From Enoplolaimus lenunculus (Eukaryota): a stretch of 64,000 nt of DNA. The notes below the pieces were generated by a model. The model was not told where the DNA came from and did no database searches. It saw only the letters and a program-made list of their open reading frames with translations. Shown piece after piece: positions 61,936 through 64,000 of the stretch. Positions within the stretch are counted from its first letter, which is position 1; every line of letters starts with the position of its first letter. The position numbers and the translations under genes are program-made. The stretch spans positions 62,001 through 126,000 of the forward strand of contig JASANG010000727.1 in assembly GCA_030248215.1 (NCBI GenBank), in the 5' to 3' direction.

Positions 61936-64000
61936 CGGGTGACGAAATTGCTATGAGAGGAAATCTTTAACTATAACACCGCTACAAAATTTTTTTGACG
62001 CCTTTCGTTTTAAACTTTCACCTCAGGCTCCGGTAACATTTGTTGACATCCGGCTCCAGTATTTTTTACCTACGGTTGCACCCTGGTTAACATCCTGTAA
62101 TCGAATATCAGCTTTTTGTAATAATCGGTATCTGTTCTCGTTATAGAAATGCCGAAAATTCCGTGTCTACGTTCAAAATTAGTTATAAATCGAGTACGTT
62201 TTCGTTTGAAAATTGTCAAATTCTTAAACGCGCGTCAGAGTTTTTACCTGCGCCAAACCTTTAAAGAGTTGTGCCAATCATACGCTATTAACAAAGCTAG
62301 ACAGTGAGCGTTGAAAAAAAGCAAAAGTTTTGTGCTTAATTCGGTTGCGTTTAAAAAGCTTTCATGTGTAAAATTCATAAGAGCTATAACGCAAACTGTA
62401 TTAAAGTGTAAATCACCCTGCGATCTTTAAAGTACTGGTTTAACTTCAGGCGCAGGTAAAAAGTGGGTCGTGAATAAATGTTTTTCGTGTGAGTAAACCC
62501 GTGGGTAAAAAATTCTTATTTGTCTCGATGAAGCGTGGGTCGGGTAAAAACAATCCGTGCTCACATCTCAACTCTGATTCCTGATCCCAACTATTAGACA
62601 TTAAACGTTTCATACGTTTAGTAAAGTCATTGGGCAGTGGAACGCTTGCGTTTTTTAAAGTTACCGAAAACTCGGTTACTTTCGTTTCTTTATTGGCCCA
62701 TGTTAAGTATACAGGTCTGCCCACTGAGAGACACGGACTGGAGACGTAGAAAGTGGGCAGCTTAGGCTTTTAGGGTTATGTTTAGGAGTAGGCGTAGTAA
62801 AATTAGCCCGTATATTTCATGCAGGATTCTATTTATAGCATGTGTTAAATGTTTCAGACAACCAGTACAAAATCAAACTTCACGAACTATAGTAATGTAT
62901 ATTCATCATTTATGTTGAATGCTGTATAGCCTGAAAGCGTTTTACCCTCGCGTGCTATAAATGTATTATGGCGTTCAAATTGCCTGAATTTTCGTCTTGC
63001 ATTGACGCTTCTGGCATGTTAGTCTGTGTGGGTCTTGTTGACGGCCGTATTCAATTTATGCAATTTTCAGAAAACGACTCACAAATAGCGTCTACCAGTG
63101 CTGTTGCTGTGTCATGACTTGCAGAGCCTGACGTAGTTTTGTCATGCAAACAAAAAGGTGAGCGGAGTTGGTAGGTAGTATGTGAGTACGCGTAGTCTCA
63201 GAAGTTTTCGTATTTAGAGAGTTTACATGTAAAGTTTAAAGGATGCAGTAATGTCTGGTAAAAGATTTGCCGCAAGCTTGGCAGGATTGCGGCTCTTCGT
63301 TGGAAGCATTTTAGCAGGACAAGGCTTAGGTTGGGCAAGGAAAATTTAAATCACTAGGTGAGAAACTGCCAGGCCAGGCTGTCAGGTATATATGCCGGCT
63401 GAGCGATACGTGCCAGTAGTGAAAAAGCCGGTTTTACCCATCGCTCTTAAATAGTCAAAAATATCAAACAAAAAGACCATCTATGCGCTCCATTTAACAT
63501 TTCATGCGATATCAGGAACGTTTTAAAATACAAATTGCATGCTATTTTGTTTATCCATCTAATTTTACAGGTGTCAGCAGCATTCCACTTTTGCAACGAA
63601 CCATTTCGCCAATCATCATAACATAATTCAAAGTTTGTACCTCCTTCGCAAGGAGTAGGGACAATTTAGATATATTTTAATAGCATGCGTGTCATTGCAT
63701 TACTTTAAGACAGGTGTTAGTCATAGCATAGGTTAACACTTGGTACAAGCTACGTAGCAGATATTAAACAATATTTCATTATGCGAGCCCTTGTAAGGTA
63801 ACAGACAATGGAGTAGATGCAGGTCGGTAGCTGCAACTGAGTACAACTAAATCTTTTGACGCATCGACATGAAAATTTGCTGTTTGTATAGAATGGCTGT
63901 GGTCAAATAGTTGCACAACCAGTGTACTGATCTTTTGGACATCATAATTTAAATGCCTCTCCGCGCGAGAACAGAGTTGGACCTTTTAAGATTGAGTAAA

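Overview
Intron-rich eukaryotic genomic DNA, almost certainly from a nematode: TTAGGC telomere-type repeats occur throughout and many splice acceptors are TTTCAG-like. Four spliced genes were reconstructed by hand. (1) A class I SAM-dependent methyltransferase (minus strand, 6 exons, 4040-24460). (2) A secreted BPI/LBP/CETP-family lipid-binding protein (plus strand, 4 exons, 12075-19022), nested entirely inside the ~15-kb intron 4 of the methyltransferase. (3) PAF1 (minus strand, 7 exons, 33451-39063). (4) A Vasa/GLH germline DEAD-box helicase with FG-rich exons and two CCHC knuckles (plus strand, ~44878-58311), head-to-head with PAF1. The rest is dense with non-autonomous transposons, many with exact 8-bp target-site duplications (TSDs), plus MITE-associated minisatellites, a fragmented CR1-type LINE and an integrase relic. 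The most striking non-genic system is a miniature LTR retroelement (TRIM) whose LTRs each contain a tRNA-derived Pol III cassette clamped by a ~20-bp stem. It occurs as a two-LTR copy at 40883-41367, a solo LTR at 12434-12672, and a related tRNA-Phe-type variant at ~40350-40550. A second notable system is a group of GGCC-terminal, 8-bp-TSD MITEs carrying telomeric TTAGGC arrays as cargo. All calls come from reading the sequence; no database searches were run.
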